DNA of 64,000 nt from Isurus oxyrinchus (taxonomy: Eukaryota): contig JANJGN010000034.1 of assembly GCA_026770705.1 (NCBI GenBank), positions 3,968,001 to 4,032,000 of the forward strand, written 5' to 3'. The notes below the pieces were generated by a model that was not told where the DNA came from, made no database searches, and worked only from the letters and a program-made list of their open reading frames with translations. Positions within the stretch are counted from its first letter, which is position 1. The number at the start of each line of letters is the position of its first letter. Positions 62,830 through 64,000 of the stretch are shown here, one piece after another. A program made the translations under genes and the position numbers.

Positions 62830-63450
62830 GGATGAGTGATCGTGAATTTCGAAGTGTGATTCGATGATATCTGTTCTCTCAAGTGGTGCTGTGTCTCCAT
62901 TCATCTCCAGCACAGGCAGTTGTGAATGTGCATTCATTGAGTCCACTGAAGACTGAAATCGAATAACATTTGGGAACTTCGAGAATACAGGGAAATTTGA
63001 ATAGCATGGGAAATTTCTGTGGCCAACATTCAGTTCAGTCTGCACTTCCCAGCTACAGAACACATGTGACACAACCTCTTCATTTTGTTTTAATGAAGAA
63101 GACAATGATGAAGAAATAACCATCGGGGATTTAGAGTTCGGTGCACTGGAGATTGGAAAATGTCCAAGTACTATCTGGTGCTGTAAAATGCCGCATACCA
63201 TGGGCAATGAGGGTCGTTGTAGATTTTGAAAGTATAACTTTGTTTAATCAAACGTGTACAACACAATTCAGGGGTGCACTGATTGGGTAAACAAAAGTTG
63301 TCGCCAGTTCCATAACAGGCTGCAAATTTGCACTGATGTCGCAAGGTGATATCATAATGAGGAGAGCTCTGTAACAAGAATGGAGCGAAACTATGCATAT
63401 CCCAGTAAGGACCTGTATAATATCAGCATATCTTCATATTAAATGGTGTT
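62830..63450 (+). pseudogene. UL34: Nuclear egress membrane protein relic
   Basis: CECAFIESTED (cf. RCAFQFHGHD) and CTSQLQNTC..F (QLQNT 63050-63064; cf. CNPYLRIQNTG..GFF); follows UL33 co-directionally. Confidence 0.55.
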
Positions 63451-64000
63451 CATCACCAGAAAATTCAGATTGATCTGGCCATTTTGTTATTTATTAAACG
63501 TTCTTTTCTATTTCATAGCTGAAGGGTTTTAAAACAAATACAGGAAGGTGAAAGTCACCTGTTTGCGGGCATCACCTAGCGTGGGGTTACAGTCAGATAA
63601 GAATTGTTACTTATTTAAATTGCCAAACTGGAGAATTAAGAAACAAATTCTTCCAATCAATTCGCCAGGAAGGTGTGAGACCTAATTTAAATTTAACTTG
63701 AGCAGAAGGTTTAGGGCGACTTTACAGCCATTTCATGCCTAGATGGTGTAATCCATAACAAAGGTCACAAGTTGTGTGGCAGCAGACAGCATAGTTTGGA
63801 TAGTATGCCCGCCATACTCCATAATGGTTTAACCATGAGAAGTGCACACTTTGCACAACCGCCAAATGCAACCCTCCACTCTTCCACCACATCTCTTCTA
63901 CCCACTTCATACTTCACCCATTCAATATTTCAATATCCTTAAACAAATACAGGATTAACAATAAGTAATTCATCGAATTCCTCCCTGGTCCTATCTTGTG

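Larger units (their letters stand above)
640..63450. mobile_element. Endogenous viral element: decayed orthoherpesvirus-like genome segment (about 19 gene relics), probably extending beyond both window ends
   Basis: Many independent motif matches on both strands. Local order and orientation follow herpesvirus blocks: UL15ex2><UL18, UL29>UL28, <UL7<UL6|UL5>, UL2>UL3, <UL26<UL25<UL24|UL22>..UL19>, <UL32|UL33>UL34>. Relics are intronless, tightly packed and interrupted by host TEs. Confidence 0.88.

Noticed and set aside
1-64000. Host exons, tRNA/rRNA genes, CRISPR arrays
   Set aside because: None could be supported; the short ORFs are TE or viral relics or chance.

Overview
Eukaryotic genomic DNA, almost certainly from a cartilaginous fish (shark-type CR1, L2/CR1-group LINEs, Penelope pLTRs, Harbinger and Copia relics). 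There is one assembly gap (15376-15591) and no recognisable host exon. The non-transposon DNA, read through stops and frameshifts, gives an ordered series of intronless, decayed genes matching core genes of Orthoherpesviridae (HSV-1 names): UL17?, UL15 exon 2, UL18, UL29 (ssDNA-binding protein), UL28, UL30 (DNA polymerase), UL7, UL6 (portal), UL5 (helicase), UL2 (UNG), UL3, UL26 (protease), UL25, UL24, UL22 (gH), UL19 (major capsid), UL32, UL33 and UL34. The window therefore looks like part of an ancient endogenous herpesvirus genome larger than 64 kb, riddled with later transposon insertions and apparently reshuffled by a ~49-kb inversion that splits the major capsid gene. All motif comparisons were made by eye against remembered herpesvirus sequences and need confirming with frameshift-aware alignment. 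Boundaries are approximate (about +/-50 bp).
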